Below are positions 13,629 to 26,778 of a DNA stretch of 64,000 nucleotides, in pieces. The first letter of the stretch is position 1. Each line of letters begins with the position of its first letter. A program made the translations under genes and the position numbers. This DNA comes from Eledone cirrhosa. Lineage: Eukaryota. The stretch covers positions 89,156,001 through 89,220,000 of the forward strand of contig OZ024746.1 in NCBI GenBank assembly GCA_964016885.1, read 5' to 3'. The notes below the pieces were generated by a model. That model did not search any database, was not told the DNA's origin, and saw only the letters and a program-made list of their open reading frames with translations.

Positions 13629-14345
13629 CTAGCTGAGGTACCCGGCTTCGCCCGAGAGAACAGTTTTGGAAAGACGGATAAAAGAGGAAACGACTGCATT
13701 GGATGTGTTGTCTGGTATGAGATGAAACCATAATATGTGTGTGTGTGTGTGTGAGTGTTTGTGAGAGAGACATAAACAAATAATCATAAAACGTTTTTAT
13801 TAGGCTAGGGGAGTAAACTGCCGATTAAATGGTGGCATAGGCCTTGGATTTTAAATGTTGTGAAATAACCATAGTCAGTATGATCTTTTTCAGATGCAAA
13901 GGACGTCATCTGAAACACAGCAATATACCGTATAACATTGCTTCTGAAGTGTTGCTTCGTTAGTACAGACTGAAAGTAGGATATGGATGAAAGCTGGAGG
14001 GTAGATTAATTTCAAATAGTATCAATTTGTCTTTGTTCTGTAAAATCAAAGATGTAAAACTACTTTATAAAAGCTAACGCAATATTGTTAAACCTTCAAC
14101 TTATACTTTTGAGGGACATCACTCTCTCGCTCTCTTACTCTCTCTGAATATCTAACACTTTAATTGTAACTCTCTCTGTATAACGGCCTATCTCTCTCTT
14201 TTTGTCCCACTCTTTGTGACTCTCTCTCTCTCTTTTGATGTGTGTGTTCATATTTGAGTGTGTGTGTGTGTGTGTGCGTGTAGTTTTCGTGTTATTCAAC
14301 CACCCAACCGACCAATAAACAACTTTCTTTTATATTATATATAGA
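13629..14345 (-). mobile_element. Non-autonomous Helitron-like element
   Basis: Minus strand begins A|TCTATATATAATATAAAAG and ends with the hairpin cgggcgaagccggg followed by CTAG|T: TC...CTAG termini, AT target, no TSD. Confidence 0.75.
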
Positions 14346-16208
14346 TTAGGTAGAATCTACATATTTCTATCAATGGAATCATATATTTGGATGGTGTTGT
14401 TATTTGCCCTAAGCCACTCTTCTATTTCTTTCTAAACGAAGAAAATATTCTTCTTTATAAAAGAATTATGAAGTAATGAACACATATATTTCAGTTTTTG
14501 TTTGTTAATTTTCGTTTCAAATAGAACTCTGTCAACTTTGATACTTTTCTCTTAATTCATTTTTGTTGCACGGGAAACAACACTTTTATCTATATAAATA
14601 TATTTGGATGAAATATGTTTGGTGTTGCCGTCGCTTACTAAGTTCTGCCTGCGGCTGGGATTGAACACTTTACTTCAGGTTAACGAACTAGACACATTCG
14701 TCAATTTTACAGTGTTTCTTATACGATATGTGATCTTCATTTATACAATTTCTTTCGGCTATGATATTCAAATACATGTCAAATACATGTTCAATTTCAG
14801 TGTCTTTATACAGACGGCCGGTTTCGTTTTAACTTGCCGGATACAGCTTTTATTCCTCAATTATTTATATATCAATAGGTACCAGTAATATTCTATGATG
14901 GACATTATCTAATATAATTGCTTTTATTCTTGCAACTAATCTGGATTTGTGTCCTATCAAAAGAAATCAATATTAGCAAAAAAAAAAAAAAAGAATGTGA
15001 TGATAACAAAGAAGACGAAGCAGAAAAAAAAGTAAATGGAAGATATACTTTATATAGTTTTAACCATGCGTATATGGAAGCTTGTAGTCTGTCTTCAATT
15101 GTTGGCATGCCACTTATTTGTCTACAAATTTGTTTTTAATACTTTGTGAATGGCAATTAACCAACGGGAAACACACAAAAATTGAAAAATAAAATCAACT
15201 ATCAAGAATATACAAGATAAATAAAAATAAATGTGTTCATTCATCTCGTCTGGGTGTTAGACTAATGTCTAGAATGTCAGTCTACAGAGAATCAATTTAA
15301 AAACATTGCTTAACAAGCAAGAATTTGAGCACAACACTGGCAAACAAATATTTAAAATAAACCTTCAAATAAACAGACAAGATGAGAAAACAATGTTTCG
15401 TCATAAAAGTAAAAGCAATAATGGGAAATATAATAAACAACATCAAGAATTTGGCACGGTTCCTTCCGGCATGTGGTGCCAGATGGAGTGACTCAACATT
15501 TATTGAAAGAACTATGTCAAAAGAATATACATGAACATTTTCGACTCTTGGATTTACATGGCAAATTCTTGAAGGATGTAGATAACATGACTCTTCGTCT
15601 ATTTCGGTGAAGAATCTTCCGGTTGTTCCAGCAGAGCAGTGTGTTTCACGTAGAACCAACGGAATTCAAAATCCATTACCAAACTATCCTGAGGTACTCT
15701 CCATATGATCAAAACCAAATCAGAATTTCAAATGTTATGTAAACTAAAGTAGCCCTCACTTTGTCACATATTCTCGAATTGCAACAAAGACATCAATTGG
15801 AACTATAGTTTGATCAAAACAACTGTTTAGTCATTGAACTATAGTGTAAGTTGTTTGTATTCCAACCACTTAACGTACTCAGGTCGATTCATCGTGTTAC
15901 CGAGAGACGTTTTGAATTCCAGGGACGGTCCATCAAATAGGTCTCTGTTTCCAATGTCTGTGTTTATTATTTTTACTAACAACATGTGGGTGAACCAGAC
16001 GATATGAGATCATGTGTTCGATGTACATCGAAACGAAACCTAACAGATGTAATGACTGCAAAGTATATTTTCAAACTAGTCCGTCATTAAGATAGTTAAA
16101 ATAATCAGTATTTGAAGAATTTATACTGCAGGGGTTTAGAATATAACATAGCTAATACAATATCCCTCAAAACGGAACCCCTTGTTTAAAGCAACACTAG
16201 AAACTACT

Positions 16209-16277
16209 CAACTCTTGGTGACACCATAGGCAACTCTTGGTGACACAAGTAGGCAACTCTTGGAGGCACAAGTAGGC
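16209..16277. repeat. 3 x ~23 bp tandem repeat (caactcttggtgacacaagtagg)
   Basis: Directly visible. Confidence 0.9.
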
Positions 16278-17104
16278 CCCAGTAATATAGCATATTTGAG
16301 ATACCGCAGCTAATATGAATACTGACATTTTAGATTTCTGCCAGTTCTCCAAGACAATCAATGGTACAAAAAACCACTGTGTAAGGAATTATAGTTCCTT
16401 GGTCTATTTCTTTAACCACTGAGTATATTTAAAACAGTTGTATTCGTTACACGTTCTATATTAAATTATGTACTAAGCAATTGAAGCACTATAAATTATT
16501 TGTTATTTATTACTTAACTTTCCCATCCACGTATAACATTTGGTACAACAAAAGCAAAACATTGTTATATGCCACATAAATTAAATAGCTAACATTTCCC
16601 CACCTTCCTGAATTCGAAATGAATAAACAAAAATAAATCTTTACAAAATATTCTAAAATTTGAACATTAACCAAAATATTTTGTTTGGTTGCCAACGCTA
16701 AAGGTCATTATCCATATCATAATTATTATTATATGGAGTAATAAACTGTATAATCTTTGGCGGTATATAGCAGGAAGGAAAATCCATATCTAGGCAATAA
16801 TAGTTGTAATTTTATTGAAAACCGTGTGTCAATATTGAAAACAAATTCCTTTCAAAATTTATTTTACTGTTATAAAAATGTACTAATGTATCGGAGTGAC
16901 GCTCAGAAAAGAAGTCGAACGGCCATAGAGTTTATGCCGTTCTAATCCTATAAGTTGGCTACGATTCTGCTTGACTCGAATGCTAGAATTTCTAAAAACT
17001 TAGGGTCATTCAAAATACTCACAAAAAGACAACCAAACAACAGCTCTTACAGGAACTTCGTACAAAATACCTGATATTACAGACAAAATAATGGCAATAA
17101 TAAC

Positions 17105-17288
17105 TGTTTCTACTATTGGCACAAGGCCAACAATTATCCCAGTACATTACTGGTACTATATTTTATCGACCCCGTAAGGATAAAAGGCAAAGTTAAACTC
17201 GGCGGGATTTGAACTCAGACGATAAAGGTACGTAACTCTTTGCTGCGAAGCATGGCATCAGACCCTCTACCGATACTGCCAATCCACC
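17105..17288 (-). mobile_element. tRNA-derived SINE (short subtype)
   Basis: Same A/B boxes, body and 3' end as 12375-12559. Confidence 0.93.
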
Positions 17289-17656
17289 AATAACAACAGC
17301 AGCAACGATAAAACACGAGGTACCATTATCTCTCTCCTTAATATCATATTTACGCACTGAATACATTTTTTAAACACAAAAAATTCTGAATATTTCCATT
17401 CTGTATTTTTGTTGTGATGGCCATCACTGCTCCGCATTTACTTACAGTATGTCTGAAATTCTGATTTTTTCGGTGTCTTCTATTGCTATGCTTTTTGGCA
17501 GATTCTGTAGAGCCGTTTGTTATTTACCTCAAATTCTTTCTTTTATCGGAAGAAACGTTGCGCTTATTATGGTTCTTTATTGACAAATTATTGATCCCAT
17601 GCTCTCCTTGAAATCTTTTTTAAATTCCAAGTTGACTTTATTATTTATGTTATATT

Positions 17657-17835
17657 TGGATTGGCAGTATCGGTAGAGGGTCGGACGCCATGCTTTCCAG
17701 CATAGTTACGTCCCTTTACGATCTGAGTTCAAATCCCGCCGAGGTTGACTTTGCCTTTCATCCTTACGGGGTCGATAAAATAAAGTACCAGTAATGCACT
17801 GGATAATTGCTGGCCTTGTGCCTAAAGTAGAAACA
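17657..17835 (+). mobile_element. tRNA-derived SINE (short subtype), first of a tandem pair
   Basis: tggattggcagtatcgg...gagttcaaatcc...gtagaaaca; flanked by attatttatgttata at 17640 and 17836. Confidence 0.95.
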
Positions 17836-17856
17836 ATTATTTATGTTATACTTGCA

Positions 17857-18074
17857 GGGCTGCGGATTGGCAATATCGGTAAAGCGTCGGACACCATAGT
17901 TCACGGCATAAAGTTACTGGCATTCATGTCCTGTGTTCAAATCCCTCTGAGGTTAGCTTTGCCTTACATCTTTACGGGGTCGATAAAATAAAGCACCAAA
18001 TATTGCACCGGGGTCGATTTAATCGACTTTCCCCTCTTCTTCAAATTGCTGGCCTTGTGCTTAAAGTAGAAACA
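17857..18074 (+). mobile_element. tRNA-derived SINE (long subtype with extra ggggtcgatttaatcgactttcccc segment)
   Basis: A/B boxes and shared 3' end; flanked by attatttatgttata at 17836 and 18075. Confidence 0.9.
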
Positions 18075-18972
18075 ATTATTTATGTTATATTTATTTGTTA
18101 TCTGGGTCCTTTTCTTTCCTTTTTCCTGTCGAATCCCTCTTTGTCAAGTTTATATAGTAACGATAGACTTTTCTTTTGTTTTTCGATTTTATGTGCTTTG
18201 GGTCCTTTCCATTAAAGGGTTTTCGGTTTGGCTGGATTATTTCCCTGTTAGGGTCACGCTCAATTTCTCTTGACATCGCTACTACTGACTAGTTAAAGTC
18301 CTTCATTCTATAGATATTCAGCTATTTTGTTGTCAAGGCGATATCATATTATATATTTCTTCATAGAGCTGTTTATTCCTTTGTAGGTTGGGAGGGTTTT
18401 ACACTGATTATAGATAACTGAATCTGTGATATTGTATCTCTCATTTCTATTTCAATATTGATTCTGGTAGATCTATCATTGTATGTTTTGTTTATTTATG
18501 TATGTTGTAATGTGTGGTGATAAGTATATATTTTCATTTTTCCTGTTTCTTTCGTTGTGTATTTCTATGGTTGTGTCTACTTACGTTTCATTTTTTATTT
18601 CTGTGTGTGTATGTTTGGTATGCTGTACTGTAGTCGTCTCATTTTACATAGTAGTAATTTCTCTTTAGTTCTAGTTCTCACTTGTTGTATGTGTGATAGC
18701 CTCTGTTCTCTTTCTTTATTTCGTGAGGTATCATGTATTTCGGAAACAGTAGGTTTTGTTAGTATCTCATTCTTTTGTGTGGTTAGATGTTTTCTATTTT
18801 TTGTCAATAATATTCTCTATTTCGACTTTGGAAACTTTAGCCTTTCGCAGAATAAATTTTTGCATATTTCTTTTTGTATTTTCTGTTACAATCTTTCTTA
18901 CCCCTTTGGGCACCTGAAGCAAAATGTCTTTGCAAGGTTGACAATGCGCTTCTTCTTCTTCTTCTTCTTCTT

Positions 18973-19003
<31 letters not shown>

Positions 19004-19030
19004 TTATTATTATTATTATTATTATTATTC

Positions 19031-19560
19031 TTTGAGTCTCAGTCATTGATGTTAGTTAACTGACTGGAAAGTTTGTTGAAATGAATATCAAGCCACTACC
19101 TGCAGACTCAGATATTCAGGACGTATCAGAGAGTTCTTGCTGTTCCCAGCAAGCATGCCTTTTGAAGTGTTCCAAAAAGCGGGGCGGGGGCAATTCTCTT
19201 TAACCAACCCTTGAAACTCCTTGAGATAGTACCTAGTGCGCCTATGCCAATCGGGACCACTTTGACTTCATGGCAGTTCCAAATCCTTTTTACCTCCCAC
19301 TTTAAGTCCTGGTATCGGTTAATTTTCTCCCTCTCCTCCTCTTGCACTCTCGTGTCGAATGGGCAGGCCACATCCACAATCAGGCACGATCTTTTTTCCT
19401 TGTCCAAAACCACCAGGTCAGGTCTATTGTGTTCAGTTTCTTGTCCATCTGTATCCTAAAATCCCACAGCACCTTCACCTGATCGTTTTATATCACTGAC
19501 TCTGGCTTATGCTCATACCAGTTCTCAGAATGTGGTAAATTGTTTAACATTTCTTCTGTA
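19031..19560 (-). mobile_element. 5'-truncated R4/Dong-like non-LTR retrotransposon (restriction-like endonuclease domain and 3' UTR)
   Basis: RPDLVVLDK..IVDVACPFD..EKINRYQDL..VPIGIGALG..LQKACLLGTARTL is a PD-(D/E)xK REL C-terminus. The 3' end abuts (TAA)n, the known Dong target type. Confidence 0.88.
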
Positions 19561-19689
19561 GCTTTTTTAAGATCTCTTTTTAACCAGTTTCATGCCTGTG
19601 GATCTCTAAATTCCGTTTTCTTAAAGAAGGTGCTATGAAGGGATATTTCATGAAGGTTGTTCGCGCCTCCTTGTTGTTTTTTCCTCCTT

Positions 19690-19866
19690 GGACATCCCCT
19701 GGTCTATTTTGCAGCATAGAATTATGGCCATTTACTTTCTCAGTTCAAATACCGCCTAGGTTAACTTTGCCTTTCATGAAAGAAAGTACCAGTAAACACT
19801 GGGGTTGATTTAATCAACTTTCCCCTCCTCTTCAAATTACTGGCCTTGTGCCTAAAGTAGAAAAAA
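19690..19866 (+). mobile_element. Degenerate tRNA-derived SINE (long subtype)
   Basis: cagttcaaatacc..ttaactttgcctttcat..ggccttgtgcctaaagtag. Confidence 0.8.
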
Positions 19867-19889
19867 TGATTATTATTATACTTATTGCA

Positions 19890-20109
19890 AGGGCAGCGGA
19901 TTGGCAGTATCGTTAGAGCGTCGGACAACATGCTTCGTGACATAGAGTTACGCACCTTTACGTTATGTGTTCAAATCCCAGCGAGGTTAGTTTTGCCTTT
20001 CATCTTTAGGTGGTCGATAAAATAAAGCACCAGTCGATTTGACTGGGTCGATTTGATCCACTTTCCCCACCCCCTTCAAGTTGCTGGCCTTGTGCCTAAA
20101 GTAGAAACA
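19890..20109 (+). mobile_element. tRNA-derived SINE (long subtype), tandem with the previous copy
   Basis: gggcagcggattggcagtatcg..gttcaaatcc..gtagaaaca. Confidence 0.9.
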
Positions 20110-22162
20110 ACTATATCATTATATTTATTATTGCTGTTGGACGAATGCAGCATGTTATTGAGTAAGTAACATCTTTTTTGTTACCAATTCAAAGATTGAC
20201 GATGCCGCCATTGCATACCATTCCCATGGGATCAATAACATGAATACCTTTCGTGTACGGAGATTGACTTAATCGATCATAACGCTCCTCAATTGTATTG
20301 TGTTTTAGTTAATCGATATCATAGTTATAATTCCAGTCGACCCACCTTACTTCTCACCACTACCTACGAAATCTCAATGTGGTCAGTCAACCTGCAAGAA
20401 TAGCATCTAAACTTCCCTCAAACAAAAATAAGAGACAGTGAGATTGAATAATGTAGTACGAGATATGCTATGGTGAAAACAAAACAATGGTTGGAATGCG
20501 TTTGATAGTAGCTCTGTTCGATGATAATTGGTTTGTGGCGAAACACCACAACCAGCACCGTCACCAACAACAACTATAACATAACAACAATCATATAATA
20601 TACGTGCCATGCGAGAAATCACTCTTCATTTTTCCTGTCATTCGTTTTCACCATTTCCTTTTGTCTTGTTTGTTTCTGATGTTGGTGATAACATAGAAGG
20701 CGATGTTGATAATAATCTTTGATATGATGTTGCAGCTGTTATTGCTGTTGCTACAAGAACCTGTAATTATGCTTATGGTGTATTTGGAATTTACATTATG
20801 ACTTTATATAGGTAAAAGAAACCGAACATGATCGTCTTCAATTGATGGAGAAAAAAAATCAATATAAAAAAAGACCCCCCCCCCCCCAAAAAAAAATACA
20901 GAAAGCAAGGATGAATTTATCCAACGGCTTAGTTGGTAAGACTTCGATATATCTCGGTAATGGATCGAAGCTTCCATTCATTGGTAGATTTACGTTTGTC
21001 AAACGGACAGAGAATAAATCTTCCAGAACTGCCATAGAAAACGATATTTCTTCCCGGCAGATTACATTTAGTATAAAGCTTATCAAGTCATTTTAGCTCA
21101 ATCTCTATTCATGCTGAATATAATATCCATTGTAAACTTCAAAAATCTTTGTAATTCCACTAGTGGCTTACCAATGAGATAAACGTACACAAACAGAATG
21201 TAACAAAAATCAACTGAAAAAGAAAACTGTAGAATAAAAGTGAAAACGTTATTCCTGCATTGTCTCGTGTAATTTCCCTTCCATAAGAAGCTTAAGCATT
21301 AACGAAAGTATGTCTGAATCAAGGAAAAGATATGCGTATATATAAAGTATAGAGGATGGCTATACTGTTTATATAGGAGCAACCAATAAAAGTTATATAC
21401 ATGTTCTGCCTTGTTAGGGCAAGACTTATAAGCATCTTAAAAGTAGATGTAGTGTTGATGTCAATACTCAATCGAAGCAGAGGACCATCTACTTTTGTGG
21501 AACCATGGTCTCGTATATTTCGCTGAATACTCAAACAATAAACTCAAATGCATAATGTTGAACAATGAAAAAATTAGATCCTTTCGGTGAGCAAATACCG
21601 ATGTGCAAAGTAACTGGTGGTAATTGTATAACTACATACGACCAGTGTTGAAAATGAACATCTTTTCTGCTGGCCTTGTTCAGAGACAAATTCATTTCAT
21701 TTTTATTAAACAGATGAGTGAGACAGGTCACGTGGAAAGGAAAAGAAATGGTAGTAATACAGTTTAATAAATCAATAAAAGAATACTTTAAAATATATAA
21801 ACAGATAAAAATAAAAATATGATAAAAAATAATAAATAATAAAAATTAAGTCACTGAAATAGATAAATAAATAAAAAGACATGAATCATCAACATTTCTC
21901 CAATATTCTATCTTTTTTGATGTAATCTCTTTATTATTAATTAGCTTGCTTTCTTTACATTTGCTTTCCATGTTACCTACAAACTCATCTCATTAATAAA
22001 AAGAAATCCATTCGCTTCTGAACCAACCAATAGAAGAAAATGTATATTTAAATGTTAGATGGTATTGGTTATATAATTACCATGTATTTTGCATATCGAT
22101 ATTTGCTCAATGAAACGATCGTAAAAATTGATTATTTACAAATGTATTCATATTACTTAATC

Positions 22163-22241
<79 letters not shown>

Positions 22242-22242
22242 A

Positions 22243-22296
22243 TTATCCCTAATTGTTTGATGGTTATGTTTAAGAATTCTACTATCTCTTTTTGCA

Positions 22297-22342
<46 letters not shown>

Positions 22343-22397
22343 TGCAAAAAGAGATAGTAGAATTCTTAAACATAACCAACAAACAATTAGGGATAAT
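22243..22397. repeat. Palindrome: ~58 bp arms around a central (TA)n at the 5' truncation point of a Penelope-like element
   Basis: ttatccctaattgtttg...ttttgcaatac (TA)n gtattgcaaaaa...caaacaattagggataa. Confidence 0.92.
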
Positions 22398-24372
22398 GGC
22401 AATATTAACATTAGCAATAATATTGATACTGTGAAATACAATAACATTAACTTAAGCACTCACAACAGAACACCGCCAACTATTAGCAATGATAACGTGT
22501 ACAGTTTAAATTATAATAATAACAGTAAATCGAAATGTAACTGTAGAAATAGATCGAATTGCCCTCTGCAAAATAATTGTCTTGATAAGAACGTAGTTTA
22601 TAAATGACCCGTTAAAGCAAATAACATCACCTACAACTATATAGGTGCAACCTCATCGAGCTTTAAATTAAGATATTCGAATCACAAACACTCTTTTTGA
22701 ATCCGGATAAGAAATTCTCTACCTCTTTATCACAACTCATATGGTCCTTAAAAGATTTAGAGTACTCAATATCTTGGTCAAAACTTTGTAATAGCCAAGT
22801 CTACGTAAACTCCTCCGTATCACCTAATTACAATCTTTGCGATATGGAGACCCTATTAATAATTAATAATTATGATAAGTTAATTAACAAAAAAGTAAAT
22901 TATTCTCAAATTGCTTGCACAAAGCTACATCTACATTCCAAGCTTCACAAAAAATTAGGAAAAAACATTGAATAAATGTGAAATGATTTAAACGTTTATT
23001 AATAACTCTGAGCGTGAAACAATATTGTCTCAGATTAAACATTCTTGTAATGCTTTTATTATTTATACTATTATTAATATTAGATTAAGGGTTTCTACCT
23101 TAACATTGAAATTGTTAACCTGATCTCTGGTTGAGTACGTATGACCTTTAGATTGTTTAAATACATTTAATTTTGGTTTTTGGTTTTTGTATTTTCTAAA
23201 TCTTATCTCTTATATATTTGATACCTTTAATATATTCAGACTTGTAAACCGTTTAATTACTTTGAATAGTTGTTTACGATTCATGAGGATATGATTATAC
23301 ATTTATAGTATAAAAGTCTCCTTAGATCCTAGTTGATGAATTTTTTTTGTACTTAAATTGATGTAACATTTTAAATACAGTAAAATCTAGTTGAATCAAA
23401 TTTATAACACTCTTAACAGTAATTATATTATATGTAAGTGACTAATATCGTCTTAAACCTTAACATTTATAGTCTATATATAAATTATACAAATGTGTAT
23501 AGCTAGATAAATCTGGTTTAATAATATCTTATTAAATACATATGACTTATTAATAGCATCTTAATTTTAATGATTTTGACTAATATATTGATTATATTCT
23601 CAATTTTAATATACTTTTAAATATACTCGTGATTACCTTTGGAGTTATGATAAACATAAATTTATCTCTTTCACGTTACTTGAACTCTGATATAATACAA
23701 TAATATAAATCCTTTAAAATTTTATAGTCTAAAATCTTATGTCATTTGATTAATTGACTATTTCTAATTAACTTAAGATTTGAAAATAAACGGTCACGCA
23801 TCATGTGCCTAAATATTCTCCCACCCACCCCTATCTAATTATACGCTATTTATATGTTACAATGCATATCTTCCTCCCTTTGTTTATACCATTTAACTTA
23901 TTTTCCTCTCTCTATCATTTGATCATTTCTCCATTCTCTTGTTCCTACCATCAAATCTCCTTTTTCTCTCTTCCCTCATGATTTGCTATCTTGATCTCTC
24001 ACTTCCACTATCTACAATAATGAGGTATGAATACATTATTATTATTAACATTTTTAACAGTTATATAAGTTTATGTATTATATATTATTAGTTATTTATA
24101 TATCTTATACACATTCTCATAAGCACCCTCTGTATTATATGTAATTTTTCATGTTTCAACTTAAGGTATATAAATATCGAGTTTTGTCATAACTAATCAC
24201 TGCAATGACTAAATTATAACCATCAACATAGTCAAGGTATGTCAGGCATCAACTTATTTTATCTGATGAGGACGTACTGTTGAAATAGCTCAGTACCTCT
24301 GAAATATGTATAATAAAATATTTTTGATCACATGAATGTCTATATTTATTAATATTTTGAAGTAATAGTATA
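22338..24372 (+). mobile_element. 5'-truncated Penelope-like element: decayed GIY-YIG endonuclease, long AT-rich 3' UTR, terminal hammerhead
   Basis: [62 protein letters not shown], homologous to 32891-33550; bounded by (TA)n. Confidence 0.88.
24255..24320 (+). ncRNA. Minimal hammerhead ribozyme in the Penelope 3' terminus
   Basis: Stem I tattttat/ataaaata (8 bp), core CTGATGA, stem II gtactg/cagtac, GAAA, near-palindromic tatgta, UH = TA. Confidence 0.85.
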
Positions 24373-24659
24373 TTTATATATATATATACACATAAACACT
24401 ATTATATATACATATATATAAACATATACATATCAGAAAAGGTAGGGTACAATACCAGATGGACCATAACCTCCAGAGTAATCGATACTTGGGGTAGTAG
24501 AATAGAACTAACTGTCGAAACGGCCGGATCTCAGACGCCGGGGTCCTGGATATTCTCATATTACTTATACATATTTATATGTGGCAGTCGATCGACTTTC
24601 GTCAAATAGGACCGAGGAAACAATGTTTCCATTGGTCTTTCCAATTGGTACTACTATCT

Positions 24660-24752
24660 ATCGGTCGCAACTCCAGGTACAAGGAGCAACATGAAATAAA
24701 GTGTCTTGCTCAAGGAAATAACGCATCGCCCGGTCCGGGAATCGAACTCACT
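24660..24752 (-). mobile_element. Fragment of a different tRNA-derived SINE with a CORE-like segment
   Basis: Minus strand: gagttcgattccc (B box)...ccttgagcaagacacttta. Confidence 0.7.
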
Positions 24753-24780
24753 TCCTCATACGCCTTCACCCCCACGCCCC

Positions 24781-24861
<81 letters not shown>

Positions 24862-24910
24862 TATATATATATACACATATATATATATACGTATAGTTAG
24901 AGAAGCAAAC

Positions 24911-25012
24911 TATTTTGAAAATTTGGACTGTGAACAACAATTATAATTGAGTGGCTGCTATTTGCAGTATAGCAATATAAGGTTGCACTTACCAATGAAA
25001 CGGTCGTAAATA
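24911..25012 (+). ncRNA. Hammerhead-like motif, U3/A8 core variant with long stem II
   Basis: tatt-TTGAAAA-t-ttgg...ccaa-t-GAAA-cggtcg-TA-aata. A paralogue at 53626-53715 ends a GIY-YIG Penelope relic. Confidence 0.6.
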
Positions 25013-25133
25013 CCTGGATAAAATCCTTCTCTTAATGCTTACCTGTGTTTTCTCTTTCATACTATATATACATATATACATATATATATATAAATATATA
25101 TATATATATGTATGTACATATATATGTATAAAG

Positions 25134-25345
25134 GGTCACGAATGACCATGGGATTTGTACCTCCGAGGAACATGTCCGGGCAAGGTTGTTTGTGGAAGAC
25201 CAGCAGTCGATGATCCATGCCTTGTGCTAGGATGAAACGATCGTTAGTGATTAAATGATTTAAACACACTTTGATTATGATTTACATTGTATTTCAGCTC
25301 TGTCGTATACTTTTTTTTATTTTACATTGAGCTATTTACATACTG
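25134..25345 (+). mobile_element. Chimera: unrelated repeat fragment joined to a Penelope-like terminus (tcc..gga-t-GAAA-cgatcg-TT)
   Basis: 25211-25345 matches 38585-38697 (reverse) and 38712-38794. Confidence 0.65.
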
Positions 25346-25398
25346 GTAACTGGGTAATATTTACTACTGCCCACATTATATATATTCTTATGTATAGC

Positions 25399-25516
<118 letters not shown>

Positions 25517-25858
25517 CATGTATAAATATGATATATGTATATATATAAGAGTAATATATATATGAATGTATATATAATATATATATATAATATATATATA
25601 TAATATATATACATATATATATACATATACATATATAACTTTGATAGGTTCCAGCCAGTATTGGCCCAGGCCATGTCTAACTTAATAGCACCACCTGGCG
25701 AAGTCTTACAAATCAGTGTTTGGGCACTATGGCCCACTCGAGCAGAGAGTTATTGTTTACGGAGCCATATATATATACATATATATATAAATATATATAT
25801 ACGTTTATATTTTATATATATATATATATATCCATACATATATATATACATTTATATT

Positions 25859-25890
<32 letters not shown>

Positions 25891-25981
25891 CATATATACA
25901 TATATATATATGCAAATATACACACATATATATACATATATACACACACACATATATATAAATATATATATATATATATAT

Positions 25982-26440
25982 GATGGCTTCCTCCTCGTTA
26001 TCGAGTATGGCCATTGCACGATATACCATTATTAACAATTATTAATTAATTCTATCGTGCAATGCCTGTGCGTGAAGATATTTTTTAAAGTGAGGAACGA
26101 CTGTGCACTGAGCCAATCCCACTCTCTGAGCGACAGTAGCTATTACCCGAAAAGAAGGACAGATCAACATCATCTGTAACTACTGAGCCGCAGGTTTTAT
26201 ATCGGTGTTATCCCAGTTTCCTGAGTTGCCTTCTCCTAGAAGAATGCCCTGACAAAGGCTAGGGGTCTTTCACTCCCAGTGGTTTAACCGCGCAATCGGG
26301 TGTCCAGCCTGACTATTTCCATGTCTCCGCGCATATACATACACATGCACCCATGTATATACACATTTACATATACATACACATGTACATGTGTATATAC
26401 ATATTTACACACTTTTGGATGGCCGTTGGCTCTTAAGAGA
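25982..26440. mobile_element. ~460 bp dispersed repeat beside (TA)n; second copy at 54680-55128
   Basis: Colinear identity between the copies (cctcgttatcgagtatg..gagccaatcccactctctgagcga..ttgccttctcctagaagaatgccctgacaaag). The ttgccttctcctag motif recalls RTE-related 5' ends (from memory, unverified). Confidence 0.85.
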
Positions 26441-26604
26441 TCTTCCGCCCTTTGTTATACACACACACACACACATACACACACATATATATACATATAT
26501 ATACATATAGATGTATCCATATATAAATAAATGAAGAGAAATATAGATATATATCATATGTGTGCGTGTGTATGCGTGTCCACGCGTAACATATGTAAAT
26601 AATT

Positions 26605-26778
26605 ATTTCTACATTTGGCCCAAGGCCAGCAATTACTCAGTGCATTACTGGTACTTTATTTTATCGACCCCGCAAGGATGAAAGGCAAAGTTAACCTCCG
26701 CGGGGGGATTTGAACTCAGAATGGCAAGGGCCGTAACTCTATGCGTCAAAGCATGGCATCCGACCCTCTACCGATACT
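26605..26778 (-). mobile_element. tRNA-derived SINE (short subtype), slightly 5'-truncated
   Basis: Same body; flanks tatgtaaataat / tatgtaaagaat. Confidence 0.92.

Noticed and set aside
15297-15659. 120 aa minus-strand ORF
   Set aside because: No recognisable motif, non-ATG start, no convincing splice signals.
18090-18940. Strand-biased segment resembling a LINE ORF1 tail on minus
   Set aside because: Composition only; no intact motif could be confirmed.
20901-20940. Micro-exon with a gtaaga donor
   Set aside because: The acceptor is preceded by poly(A), and there is no other support.
22100-22130. tGAAAcgatcgTA half-motif
   Set aside because: Resembles the other termini, but no upstream core or stem could be identified.
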